Source: Actinomycetes bacterium (GTDB taxonomy: Bacteria > Actinomycetota > Acidimicrobiia > Acidimicrobiales > GCA-2861595). From it: 64,000 bases of DNA. The DNA lies in assembly GCA_023264975.1 (NCBI GenBank), contig JAHFUS010000007.1, forward strand, positions 11,948-75,947, written 5' to 3'. Shown piece by piece: positions 33,076-42,635 of this stretch (its first letter is position 1; every line of letters starts with the position of its first letter). Under the pieces are notes generated by a model. The model made no database searches. It was not told the origin of the DNA and saw only the letters and a program-made list of their open reading frames with translations. The translations under genes were made by a program, and so were the position numbers.

Positions 33076-36000
33076 CTACAGGGCCGGGGACAGGTCGGGT
33101 CGCGGATCGGGCAGGGGCACGAGGTCGATCCCGGCTGCCTCGGCCACCGCCCGGGCCGCCTCGTCCCACCCTCGGGCGGCATCGGGGTCGCCGGGCCGGG
33201 TGCCCAGGCCGGGCACGGACGGCGACGCGTCGTCACCGTCGTTGTCGATCCCGGCAGGGTCCGGCAACGCCGTGTCGCCTTCTCCGAGCCCGGCCGGTCC
33301 CGCCCAGCGGTCGAGGTACAGGGCGACCCGTTCCACCGCCCGGCGCCACCGGTGGCGCTCCTCGGCGCTGGCCCCGGGCCGCGGCTCGGGCATCACTGCG
33401 GCCAGCAGGGGCGGGACCAGGGCGGGCGCCCCCAGGCGCACCTTGGTCTCCCGCCCGGCGATGGCGTCTCGCAACAGGTCGCGCCGGGCGACGTCGTCGG
33501 CGTGGTCGCCCAGGTACACCTCCCGTCGCCCGGCCTGGAAGCGCAGCGCCAGCAACCGTCCCCCCAGGGTCTCGAGCTGCCGGGCCACGCCGTCGGCCTC
33601 GGCCCGCAGCCCGCCAACGGAGCGGCCGCGCTGGCCCCTTCGACGCCGTGCGCCCTCGGCCGCCTCCAGCTGATCGGCGAGCAGGCGGTGGCGGGCGGCG
33701 AGGGTCTCGTAGGCGGCCTCCGCCCCGGCGATGCGCCGGGCGACGTCGGGGGGAGCGGCCGCCACCGTGGCGGCCACCGGCGCCAGGAGGGCCTCCAGCT
33801 CGCCCAGGGTGAAGCGGGCGGCCACGGCGCCACCCTCGGCCACCGTCGGGTCGGCGTCGTGGAGAAGGCCACCGGGCACCTCGGCGGCCAGGCGGGCGGC
33901 CAGGGCGTCGAAGCTCGACTCGCGCAGCGTGGGCGGCCCGTGGGAGGCATCGACGTCGCGCTCGTCGGCCACCGCCCCGTCGACCAGGTAGATGCGGTTC
34001 TCCAGGCGTCCCCGGGTGGTGGCCACGTAGGCCCCGGCCGAGGTGGTGGTGTCGTCGACGACGGACCGCGAGCGCTCCAGGGTGCGGCCCTGCACGCCGT
34101 AGTCGGTCACCGCGTAGGCCCAGTCGAGGTGCCCCGCGCCGAGGTAGCGCGCCGGCATGGCGACGCGGTGCACGCCGCCGCCCGCCCCCTCGAAGTCCAC
34201 GCTGAGGCGTCCCGCCTCGGCGTCGACCACCACCACCGTGCCCCGGCTCCCGTTCTTCACCCACCAGCTGGGGTCGGACGTGCTGCGCAGGCGGCGGTTG
34301 TTGGCCCCGGCCACCACGTAATCGCCCACCTGGAACGACCGGCCAGCCACCTCCAGGGCTGGCCCGGACACCACCCCGGCCTCGGCCAACAGGTGCCGGG
34401 CGCGGCGGTTGAGCTCGTGGCGCACGGCGTTGCGGGTGGTGACCATGGGGTCGCGTGCTCCGCCTTCCCAGTCGGCAAGCCACTCGCCGACCACCGCGTC
34501 GTACAGCTCGGGGGCGCTGGCCGCCCGGGTGACGAGCCCGGCGTCGTCGCGAAGCGCCAGGGCCTCGGCGACGCGGCCCTCCCGGAAGGCGATGTTGGCC
34601 TCGCGCTCGGGCGCCAGGGACACCACCACGGTGCCCTCGTCGTCGACCACATCGGCCTGGCGGTGGTTGGCCCGCAGGGTGGGGACGTCGGCGCCCTTGT
34701 GCGCCACCAGCCATCCGAAGAAGTGGCCGGGCCCGACCGGTCCGTGCTGGTGGGGATCACCGATCAGCACCAGGGCGCCACCGGCCGCCTCCACATGCGA
34801 CACCAGGCGGTCGAGGTCGCGGTGGCCGAGGGTCGAGGCCTCGTCGACGATGACGACGCTGCCCAAAGCCAGTCCCCCGTAGTGGGGGTGGTCGAGGTCG
34901 CCCAGCGTGCGGGCCACGGTGTCGCAGGCGGAAAGCCCGGTGGCCCGGGCCAGCTCGTCGGCGGCGACGGCGGTGACGGCGCAGCCGACCACGGGTAAGC
35001 CGGCGCCGGCCAGGGCGGCCACGCACGCCTCGGTGGCGTAGGTCTTGCCCGCCCCCGGGTAGCCGACCACGGGGCGCAGCAGGTTGGCGGTCCCGCACAC
35101 CGAGCGCACCATGGCCCGTTGCTCGTCGGCCAGCTTCGGCCGCTCGGCCAGGGTCGCCTCGATGACGCCCGGCGCCACCACCGGACCGAGCGAGCGGGCG
35201 TCGGTGGCGACGGCCATCAGTCGGGCCTCGATGGCGGCGAGGTCGGGGGTGGTGAAGGCGGCGTTGGCCAGGTCGTCGACGAAGCCCCCGCCGGCGCCTT
35301 GGAGAAGGCGGTGTCGGGGCAGGCCGGGCCGGTGCTCGCGCACCTGCACGACGCGATCGCTGGCCAGGAAGCGGTCGGCCAGCGACACCAGCTGCGGGCC
35401 GGCGACGGCACCGCCGAGGGAGTTGGACAGGGCGCAGATCACGTTGGCCCGGGAGAACGTGGCCGCCTCCTCGCTCAGCCCGCCTGCGGACCCAAGGCGG
35501 TCGAACAGGGCCTCGATGCGGCGCTCGTCGACATCGGCACCGGTGGTGGCGCCGAGGCAGGCCGCCACCGAGGCGGCGTCGAAGCCGACCTCGGCCGCCT
35601 CCGCCCGCCACCGCTCGTGCAGGCCGTCGGCCGCCCGGTCGGTGGCCTTGGCCCTGCGACTGGCCACCGCCGCGATCTGGCGGGCGGCGGGCGAGTCCGA
35701 GCCCACCCGGGCCAGCTCGGCCGCGATCTCCCCGGAGCGCTTGGAGAAGTGCTCGACCACCGCCCGGGGCACGCCTTCCACGTCGGCCCAGCCGTTGACG
35801 ACCGGTTCGCTGCGAAGCCCCAGGCGGCGCTCGGCCAGGTGGCGGAAGCTGGCCTGGTACACGGCGTCGGCGGCCAGGCCCTGGCGGTACAGGCCATGGG
35901 GGTCAAGGGCGGCCCAGGTGCCGTCGGGGAGGCGGGTGGCGTTGGCCACCACGCAGTGGGTGTGCAGGAGGGGGTCGCCGGCCCGGCTGTCGCGGTGATC

Positions 36001-36837
36001 GAAGGCGGCCACCACCAGTCCCTCGGTGGCGGTGCGGACCCGCTTGCGGCCGCTGCCCACCTCGGCGGTGGCACGGGCGGTGGCGGCGGTGTCCTCCAGG
36101 TAGGACAGCGCGTGGGCGGTGGCCTGGTGGTGGATGGTCTGGAGCTCTCGCCCGAGGGCTTCGGGTCCCACCGCCCACAGCACCGAGTAGCTCTTGGGCG
36201 GGCGGAAGACCAGGTCCCAGCCGGCGCGTGCGTCGGGGGGCCGGCGCTGGTCGCGGACGCGGTCCACGGCCTCCTGCGGGATGGCCCAGCGGTAGCGATG
36301 GCCGCCCCGGCCCGGTGCCTTCGATCGCTGCCCGAGGAGGAAGGTGGTCGGCGTCGCGTCGGGGATCTGGCCCAGGGCGCCCAGCTCGTCGAGGCGTGCC
36401 TGGTAGTCCTCCACCCTGCCCAGGGCGACGCCGGCCGGGGTGGCCTCGCGCACCGCGAGCTTGACCGCCTCTCCCGCTTCGAGCCAGTGGCGCACCGCCC
36501 GGGTCGACACCTGGAGCTGGGCGGCCACCTGGGCGACGTCGAGGCCCCGGGCCCCGGCCTGGCGCGGTGCGGCCCGGCCGTTCGATCGGGCCAGGGCCCG
36601 GGCGTTGGAGCCGGCCGATCCCACCAGCTCGGAGCCGGTGCGGGGGTCCAGGCCGCCCAGCAGGGCCTCGATGGCCTCGCGCTCCACCGCTCCGCTCAGG
36701 CCCAGCTCGGACGCCAGCGAGCCCGTCCAGCGCCCGGCCGACTCACCCCGGCCGAAGTAGTAGTCGGCCGCGCTGTGGGCTACGGAGCCGACGTAGTAGT
36801 CGACGGCGTCGGCCCGCAGCTTGGCGATGTTGAGCAC
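33076..36837 (-). CDS. traA: MobF-family conjugative relaxase/helicase (TraA/TrwC-like)
   Basis: N-terminus LNIAKL...AADYYFGRGE...GRWTG. His triad FDHRDSRAGDPLLHTHCVVAN. Helicase Walker A VVGYPGAGKTYA. Start GTG 36837. The upstream part of the track ORF is shadow sequence. Confidence 0.85.
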   Translation of the reverse strand: MLNIAKLRADAVDYYVGSVAHSAADYYFGRGESAGRWTGSLASELGLSGAVEREAIEALLGGLDPRTGSELVGSAGSNARALARSNGRAAPRQAGARGLDVAQVAAQLQVSTRAVRHWLEAGEAVKLAVREATPAGVALGRVEDYQARLDELGALGQIPDATPTTFLLGQRSKAPGRGGHRYRWAIPQEAVDRVRDQRRPPDARAGWDLVFRPPKSYSVLWAVGPEALGRELQTIHHQATAHALSYLEDTAATARATAEVGSGRKRVRTATEGLVVAAFDHRDSRAGDPLLHTHCVVANATRLPDGTWAALDPHGLYRQGLAADAVYQASFRHLAERRLGLRSEPVVNGWADVEGVPRAVVEHFSKRSGEIAAELARVGSDSPAARQIAAVASRRAKATDRAADGLHERWRAEAAEVGFDAASVAACLGATTGADVDERRIEALFDRLGSAGGLSEEAATFSRANVICALSNSLGGAVAGPQLVSLADRFLASDRVVQVREHRPGLPRHRLLQGAGGGFVDDLANAAFTTPDLAAIEARLMAVATDARSLGPVVAPGVIEATLAERPKLADEQRAMVRSVCGTANLLRPVVGYPGAGKTYATEACVAALAGAGLPVVGCAVTAVAADELARATGLSACDTVARTLGDLDHPHYGGLALGSVVIVDEASTLGHRDLDRLVSHVEAAGGALVLIGDPHQHGPVGPGHFFGWLVAHKGADVPTLRANHRQADVVDDEGTVVVSLAPEREANIAFREGRVAEALALRDDAGLVTRAASAPELYDAVVGEWLADWEGGARDPMVTTRNAVRHELNRRARHLLAEAGVVSGPALEVAGRSFQVGDYVVAGANNRRLRSTSDPSWWVKNGSRGTVVVVDAEAGRLSVDFEGAGGGVHRVAMPARYLGAGHLDWAYAVTDYGVQGRTLERSRSVVDDTTTSAGAYVATTRGRLENRIYLVDGAVADERDVDASHGPPTLRESSFDALAARLAAEVPGGLLHDADPTVAEGGAVAARFTLGELEALLAPVAATVAAAPPDVARRIAGAEAAYETLAARHRLLADQLEAAEGARRRRGQRGRSVGGLRAEADGVARQLETLGGRLLALRFQAGRREVYLGDHADDVARRDLLRDAIAGRETKVRLGAPALVPPLLAAVMPEPRPGASAEERHRWRRAVERVALYLDRWAGPAGLGEGDTALPDPAGIDNDGDDASPSVPGLGTRPGDPDAARGWDEAARAVAEAAGIDLVPLPDPRPDLSPAL

Positions 36838-36842
36838 GCGAC

Positions 36843-37208
36843 TCAGGCCTCGTCGTCCTGGTCGTCGGCCTCGCCGGCGCCGACCGATCCCGGGCGGTGG
36901 CGGGCGTCGAGGAACTCGAGACGGGTGGCGACGACCTCGTGGCGCGAACGTGCCACGCCGTCGGGATCGGTCCACTCCCGGTGCTCCAGGCGGCCTTCCA
37001 CCGCCACCCGGCGACCCTTGTACAGGTACTCCTCGGCCGCCTCCGCCTGACGTGCGAAGCACACCACGTCGACGAACACGGCGCCGGCGTCCTCGCCACT
37101 CCGTCGACGGGGCACGGCCAGGCGCAGCACGGCCACCGGGGTGTCCTCAGCGGTGGTGCGCACCTCGGGGTCGCGGGTCAGGCGACCGATCAGGTTGACG
37201 TTGTTCAT
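36843..37208 (-). CDS. ssb: Single-stranded DNA-binding protein with an acidic tail
   Basis: MNNVNLIGRLTRDPEVR...FVDVVCF...AEEYLYKGRRVAVEGRL. C-terminal EADDQDDEA. Confidence 0.8.
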   Translation of the reverse strand: MNNVNLIGRLTRDPEVRTTAEDTPVAVLRLAVPRRRSGEDAGAVFVDVVCFARQAEAAEEYLYKGRRVAVEGRLEHREWTDPDGVARSRHEVVATRLEFLDARHRPGSVGAGEADDQDDEA

Positions 37209-37248
37209 GGGATGGGTTCCTTTCTTGGTCGGTGTTGTGGTGGTGGGC

Positions 37249-38340
37249 TCAGGGCGAAGCCGGAGGGTTGGGCCGGTAACCGACGTGGAGGTGGTCCTGG
37301 TGGGAGGCGTCGGAGAAGACGCCGGCCAGTGGCGCCAGGGCGGCCCAGGGGACGCCCAGCTCGTCGGGACGCAGCGGCGGGGAGAGTCCGATCAGGAGGG
37401 CGGCGAGGGTACGGGCGGCCTGGTTGGCGGGGCTCACCGCCTGGCCGGCGACCATGTCGATGTCGGCGCCGCGGAAGTACCAGTGCTGCGAGATGTCGCA
37501 GCCGGGGCGGCTCTGTCGGTCGCCGCCTCCGACGCACTGCGAGTGCCCGGTGCGGATCACCCCGACGTGGATGGGAAAGCGGTCGGCGGCCATACCCAGC
37601 ACCGCCACAACCCGGGGGTCGACGAGGCCCGATTCGAGGTCGCCACGGGCAGCGGCGGAGACCGTGAGGTTCGCCTTGGCCAGGAGGCCAGCGGGCGTCA
37701 ACGACCCCAGGGCTGGCGGCGTCGGTGAGGCGGACTGGTAGCCGGCGGCCACGGCCAGGACGTGACTGACGTAGGCCGCCGAGTGGTTGTAGGTGGCGAT
37801 GGCGGCTTCCACGTCGTCGAGCCGGTCGCCGGGCCCGCACAGATAGGTGGCGGCCGAGGCGATGGCGTCGAAGGCGTTGTGGGGGTCGGCGACGCCGTCG
37901 CCGGAGGCGTCGCGTCCCCAGGGGGCCCAGGTGGCGGGGAGGAACTGCATGGGCCCCACGGCGCGATCCACCAGCGCGTCGCCGTCGAGGCGCCCCCCAT
38001 CGGTGTCGGCCACCCGGGTTGTCCCGCCAGCCCCGTCGAGGGCCACGCCGACGATCGGAGGGGCGACGTCCCCGCCGAGGGCGAGGGTGGCGCCGCCTGC
38101 CCGCCCGTGGTTGGTTTCGACCTTGCCGATCGCCGCCAGCACCGACCAGGGCAGACCCGGGCAGCTCGCCGCTGCGCCCCGGTAGGCGGCCAACAGCGCG
38201 TCGGGGATGTCGGCCACGGCTGCGGTGCTCGGGACTCCGGTCGCCTGCGAGGAGGAGGCGCCGGCCAGCGCGGCGGCCAGGCCGGCAGGCAGGGCGTAGG
38301 TGGCCGCCAAGCCGCGGCCCAGCAGCGTCTTCAGTCCCAC
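37249..38340 (-). CDS. Cell-wall hydrolase: lytic transglycosylase domain + LAS-type (VanY/M15-like) peptidase domain (VirB1 analogue)
   Basis: GPMQFLPATW and AIASAATYL (SLT-like). C-terminal H-x6-D (SQHWYFRGAD) and HQDHLH motifs. Signal-like N-terminus from GTG 38340. Confidence 0.7.
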   Translation of the reverse strand: MGLKTLLGRGLAATYALPAGLAAALAGASSSQATGVPSTAAVADIPDALLAAYRGAAASCPGLPWSVLAAIGKVETNHGRAGGATLALGGDVAPPIVGVALDGAGGTTRVADTDGGRLDGDALVDRAVGPMQFLPATWAPWGRDASGDGVADPHNAFDAIASAATYLCGPGDRLDDVEAAIATYNHSAAYVSHVLAVAAGYQSASPTPPALGSLTPAGLLAKANLTVSAAARGDLESGLVDPRVVAVLGMAADRFPIHVGVIRTGHSQCVGGGDRQSRPGCDISQHWYFRGADIDMVAGQAVSPANQAARTLAALLIGLSPPLRPDELGVPWAALAPLAGVFSDASHQDHLHVGYRPNPPASP

Positions 38341-38485
38341 GCCTGCCTCGCAGACCCCGGCCGAAGTCCGGGGTCTTGAACATCGCTCTTGCGTGCTATC
38401 ACCGTATGAGTGTAAACAAGCGTAGGTAGCAACTGTCAAGCGAAACCGGTACGACTAACCGGCTGCGATCCGAACAGGAGGAACG
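38341..38485. promoter_or_regulatory. Divergent promoter region between the hydrolase/relaxase operon and the T4SS operon
   Basis: 145 bp of lower-GC sequence. SD AGGAGG 4 nt upstream of TTG 38486. Confidence 0.35.
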
Positions 38486-38926
38486 TTGGTGGTCAATGGA
38501 TTGGTGCGGACCCGGAGTGGGCGGCACGGCGTGGGCCAAGCCCATCCGGGGCGTCTGGCGTGGTGCAGGCGACGGGCATCGTCGGGGGTCGCGTCCCTCG
38601 GGGGCCAGCTGCGCGGACCCGGCGCCGGATGCCTGGGCGTGGTGCCCGTGCTCGCTCAGGTAAAGGTCAGCCCCGACTCGCGAGCGCTTCCCGGCGGCGC
38701 ACAGCTCCAGCAGATCGTCAACGGGGTGGCCGCCTTCTCCCTGGTGATCCTGGTGGGCGCCGTGATCGCCGGGGCAGTGATGTGGGCCTACGGATCGGCT
38801 ACGTCCAGCTACAACAACATCAACGGCGGAAAGCGCATGGTGCTGATATCCGCCCTGGGGGCGGTCATCGTGGGTGGGGCGGCCGCCCTCATCAACTTCT
38901 TCACCGCCATGGGGGGCCAGATCTGA
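38486..38926 (+). CDS. Small membrane protein, VirB2/TrbC-analogue candidate (DUF6112-like)
   Basis: Strong SD. Long leader, then two hydrophobic helices (VAAFSLVILVGAVIAGAVMWAY and MVLISALGAVIVGGAAALINFF). An internal GTG at 38639 is an alternative start. Confidence 0.55.
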   Translation: MVVNGLVRTRSGRHGVGQAHPGRLAWCRRRASSGVASLGGQLRGPGAGCLGVVPVLAQVKVSPDSRALPGGAQLQQIVNGVAAFSLVILVGAVIAGAVMWAYGSATSSYNNINGGKRMVLISALGAVIVGGAAALINFFTAMGGQI

Positions 38927-39678
38927 TGGCCGCCCCCCGCCGGTTCGCCCCCGTCGCCATCGGGGTGGTCCTCACCGTGGTCGTCCTCGCGGCTGTGGTG
39001 ATCGGCCGGGGCCACCACGGCCCGCCTCGCCCGGCCGCCCGTCCGGAGCGGGTCACACCTGCCCGCCGGGAGGTGCCCGCACCGGGGGTGGCCGCGCCGG
39101 CGCCCCCGCTTCGCAGCACCGGTCCGGCCGGGCCGGGGCCCGGGCGCACCGAGGACGGCGTGGCGGTGGGGTATGCCCGAAGCGAGGACGGTGCGGTGGC
39201 GGCGGCCACCACGTACCTGTCGACCTTGCACGGCCTGGCATTGGACCCCGGCGCACGAGAGGCGGCAGTCGGCCGCATGGCCGCTGCGGGCGCGCCGGGT
39301 GTCGTGGAGCAGACCCTCGCCGGCATGGCCCTGCTCGACACAGTGGTGGGCGAGGCACGCGCCGCCCTGCCGAGCGCCCGAGCCTTCCTCCGCGAGATCC
39401 CCGTCGCCTACACCTTGTCCCGCTTCGATCCGCAACGGGCGCGGGTGCAGGTCTGGAGCCTCGGCGTGGTGCTGATCGAGGGCCGTACGCAGGCGACCGA
39501 GGTGTGGTCGACCAACACCGTTGACCTCGCCTGGGACCAGGGCGACTGGCGGCTGTGGTCGTGGTCCCGGGCGCCCGGACCGGTGCCCGCCGCCAGCCTG
39601 GAGGCGCCCACCGACCCGGCCGAGGTGCTGGCCGCCATCAACGGCTGGGAGGGCTACCGCTATGTCCCGTCCTCGTAA
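38926..39678 (+). CDS. Membrane-anchored T4SS-associated protein
   Basis: ATG overlaps the upstream TGA (TGATG). Single N-terminal TM segment (APVAIGVVLTVVVLAAVVI), a Pro-rich linker, and a globular domain. Confidence 0.55.
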   Translation: MAAPRRFAPVAIGVVLTVVVLAAVVIGRGHHGPPRPAARPERVTPARREVPAPGVAAPAPPLRSTGPAGPGPGRTEDGVAVGYARSEDGAVAAATTYLSTLHGLALDPGAREAAVGRMAAAGAPGVVEQTLAGMALLDTVVGEARAALPSARAFLREIPVAYTLSRFDPQRARVQVWSLGVVLIEGRTQATEVWSTNTVDLAWDQGDWRLWSWSRAPGPVPAASLEAPTDPAEVLAAINGWEGYRYVPSS

Positions 39679-41131
39679 TCCGCTGGCGACTGCGCTGGCC
39701 CTCGGCTGCATCGCCGCCGTGGCACTCATTGGCACCAGCGCCGCTCCGGCTGGCGCCGGGGTCCCCCTGGCCCGCCCGGTGTTGGCCGCCGCCGCCGGCG
39801 GACCGTGCGACGTGCCGCTGCTCGGAGCCGTGTGCGCCATTCCCGACGTTGTCGGCGGCGCCGTCGACGCAGTCACCGCCATCCCCGGCGCCATCGCCGG
39901 TGACGTGACCGAGGCGTTCGCCCGCTGGATCGCGTCGGGGGCGGCGGGGTTCCTGGAGGCGGCCGGCCACGCCATCTTCAGCGGTACCCGCGTCGACCTC
40001 ACCGACACAGGCGAGGGCGGCCGGCCCTGGTTCGTCGAGCACTACGACAAGATGGCCCTGGTCGGGCTCGCCGTGTTCGCGCCCATGCTGATGCTGGCCG
40101 TCCTGCACGCGGTGTTCACCCAGTCCTTCGGGCTTCTCGGCCGGGCCCTGGCCAACCTGCCCATCGCCTCCCTTGGCACCGCTGGGGCCATCGCCGTGGT
40201 GGGGCTGTTCCTCGGGGCCACCGACCAGGCATGCAACTTCGTGGCCGGCGGGCTGGGCGCCGACAGCCAGAACTTCCTCTCTGGCATCGTCGCCACCCTC
40301 CTCAACCCCGTGGCCGTGACGCTCGGGGCCGGTCCCGCCGGGCTGTTCGGGGTCGCCCTGCTGGCGCTGTTCATGGCCTTCGCCGCCTTCGTGGTGTGGC
40401 TCGAGCTGTTGGTGCGCCAGGCCGCCATCTACCTCACCGTGTTGTTCCTGCCCATCGGCTTCGCCACCTACATCTGGCCGGCGCTGTCGGTCTGGCTGCG
40501 CCGCCTGGTCGAGGTCATCGTGGCCCTGGTCCTGTCCAAGCTGGTGATCGTGGCCGCCCTGTCGTTGGCCGGCTCGGCTCTGGCTGCCCAGGAGGGCCTC
40601 GCCGCCCTGGTGGGTGGGGCGGGGATGCTGCTGCTGGCCGCCTTCGCTCCCTTCGCCCTGTTCAAGCTCATCCCCATCGCCTCCATGGCGGCCATCAGCT
40701 CGCTGGAAGGCCAGGGCCGCCGGGGCGCCAGAGCGGCGGTTCCCCGTGCCTCCAGCATCTTCTACGCCCGCCAGCTCGCCGGGTCGGGCCGGCGATCGGC
40801 GCCGTCCGGCGGCGGGGGGTCGGGCTTTGGGTCCCGTCCGGGCGAGAACCCGCCCCGTCCGCCTGCCGGACGGCCGGCCGGGGGAGGGGGCGTTCGCGCC
40901 GGCACAGGAGGCGGTGCCCGTAGACCGCCGATCGGGGCGTCACCGGGTGGAGCGGGCGTCGCTGGCGCAGCCGGAGGGGCGGCGGCCGTTGGAGCCGGCG
41001 CGGCCGGCGCGGTGGGGGCCGGCGCGGCTGGGGCAGGAGCGGTTGTTCGCACCGCGAAGAACACCACCGTGTCCCACGCCAGACGGATCGGTCCAACGTC
41101 GGGGCCGGGCGAGGGGGGTGAGAGCGGATGA
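39662..41131 (+). CDS. VirB6/TrbL-like polytopic membrane protein with a Gly/Ala-rich tail
   Basis: Signal peptide followed by at least 5 TM segments. Position between the pilin-like gene and the VirB4 genes. Low-complexity C-terminus. Confidence 0.6.
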   Translation: MSRPRNPLATALALGCIAAVALIGTSAAPAGAGVPLARPVLAAAAGGPCDVPLLGAVCAIPDVVGGAVDAVTAIPGAIAGDVTEAFARWIASGAAGFLEAAGHAIFSGTRVDLTDTGEGGRPWFVEHYDKMALVGLAVFAPMLMLAVLHAVFTQSFGLLGRALANLPIASLGTAGAIAVVGLFLGATDQACNFVAGGLGADSQNFLSGIVATLLNPVAVTLGAGPAGLFGVALLALFMAFAAFVVWLELLVRQAAIYLTVLFLPIGFATYIWPALSVWLRRLVEVIVALVLSKLVIVAALSLAGSALAAQEGLAALVGGAGMLLLAAFAPFALFKLIPIASMAAISSLEGQGRRGARAAVPRASSIFYARQLAGSGRRSAPSGGGGSGFGSRPGENPPRPPAGRPAGGGGVRAGTGGGARRPPIGASPGGAGVAGAAGGAAAVGAGAAGAVGAGAAGAGAVVRTAKNTTVSHARRIGPTSGPGEGGESG

Positions 41132-42627
41132 GCGTGAGCGAGCCCCCGCCCGCCACCACCTTCCGCTTCCCGGGACCGGACCACCGCGCCCTGCTCCTCG
41201 GGTTGCGGGCTCCCCAGGTGGCGATCCTCGGGATCACCGTGGCCGCCGCCGTGGGCCTGCTGATGGCCGTCCCCACCTCCGCTGGGCTCGGCCTCACCCT
41301 GGCTGTCTTCGCGGTGGGCGTCCCCACTGCTGTCGTGCGGGTCCGTCGTCGCAGCATTGACGAGTGGGCGCCGGTGGTGGCGCGGTGGTGGTGGCGCCGG
41401 GCGCGGGGGCAGCTGCGCTGGGTCTCACCCGTGCCCCTGCTGGGCGAGCGCGCTGACCACGGTGAGCGGGCGTCGCCGCCCCCGCCCCTGGCCGGGGTGA
41501 GCTTGTTGAAGGTGAGCAGGGTCGGGAGCAGGGACGTGGCGGTGGCCAAGGACGCCCGGGCCGGCACCTTCACCGGCGTGGTGGCCTGCGGGGGCCGGGC
41601 GTTCGCCCTCCTCGACGGCGCCGAGCAGGACCGGCTGTGCGCGTTGTGGGGTCAGGCCCTCGCCGCCTTCGCCCAGGAGGGTTCCCCGGTGACGCGGGTG
41701 GCGTGGGTGGAGCGCACCGTGCCGGAGGACGGCGACGCACTCCACGCCTACCTGGGTGACAACGCCGTGCTGGAGCCTTACCACCCGCTGCGGGCATCGT
41801 ACGAGGGGTTGATCGCCAACGCCGGCCCGCTGGGCCAGCACCACGGTGCGTACGTGGTGGTGAGCATCGGCGCCAGCAAGGGCCGCCGGGCCATCCGCCA
41901 GGCCGGCGGGGGCGACGAGGGGGCGTGCGAGGTGCTGCTGCGCGAGCTGACCACCCTGGTCGACCGCCTGCGCCAGGCCGAGGTCGACGTCACCGGCGTG
42001 CTCGGCCCCCGCCAACTGGCCGGCTGCCTGCGGACCGCCTTCGACCCGGCGTCGGCCCGCCCCCTGGCGCGGCGTGCCCGCCAGGAGCCGTCGCGGGGCG
42101 GGACCACCGGGCGCAACGCCTGGCCGCTAGCCACCGAGGTCACCTGGAGCCACTACCGCACCGACTCCGGCGTGCACGCCACCTACTGGGTGGCCGAGCT
42201 GCCCCGGCGGGACGTGTACGCCGGGTTCCTCCAGCCCCTGTTGCTGCGGCCCTCCGGCATGCACGCGGTGGCGGTGGTGATGGAGCCGGTGGCGCCGTCC
42301 AAGGCAGCCCGGGCGGTGGAGTCGGCCCATGCCTCCCACGTGGCCGACGAGGAGCTGCGGGCCAGGGCCGGCTACCTGCCGTCGGCCCGGCGCCGGCGCG
42401 AGCACGAGGACATCCTGGCCCGCGAGGCGGAGCTGGCCGCCGGCCATGGTGAGTACCGCTTCAGCGCCTACGTGAGCGTGACCGCCCCCGACCCCGAGGC
42501 CCTGGAGTTCCTGGGGGGAGAGATCGAGCAGCTGGGCTTCGACGCCCAGGTCGAGCTGCGCCGCCTCTACGGCGAGCAGGACGCCGCCTTCACCTACACC
42601 TTGCCCCTCGGTCGGGGCCTTCGGTAG
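41128..42627 (+). CDS. SCO6880-like protein (VirB3 / VirB4 N-terminal-domain analogue)
   Basis: ATGA overlap with the upstream gene. Two N-terminal TM segments followed by a soluble domain of about 400 aa. Immediately upstream of the VirB4-like ATPase. Confidence 0.55.
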   Translation: MSVSEPPPATTFRFPGPDHRALLLGLRAPQVAILGITVAAAVGLLMAVPTSAGLGLTLAVFAVGVPTAVVRVRRRSIDEWAPVVARWWWRRARGQLRWVSPVPLLGERADHGERASPPPPLAGVSLLKVSRVGSRDVAVAKDARAGTFTGVVACGGRAFALLDGAEQDRLCALWGQALAAFAQEGSPVTRVAWVERTVPEDGDALHAYLGDNAVLEPYHPLRASYEGLIANAGPLGQHHGAYVVVSIGASKGRRAIRQAGGGDEGACEVLLRELTTLVDRLRQAEVDVTGVLGPRQLAGCLRTAFDPASARPLARRARQEPSRGGTTGRNAWPLATEVTWSHYRTDSGVHATYWVAELPRRDVYAGFLQPLLLRPSGMHAVAVVMEPVAPSKAARAVESAHASHVADEELRARAGYLPSARRRREHEDILAREAELAAGHGEYRFSAYVSVTAPDPEALEFLGGEIEQLGFDAQVELRRLYGEQDAAFTYTLPLGRGLR

Positions 42628-42635
42628 GGGCGGGG

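Noticed and set aside
33233-36178. Multiple 100-640-aa ORFs in alternative frames and on the opposite strand across traA (e.g. 33352-34998 +, 35119-37050 +, 33233-34714 -)
   Set aside because: All are Arg/Pro/Gly-rich with no motifs. The traA frame carries the relaxase His triad and helicase Walker motifs.
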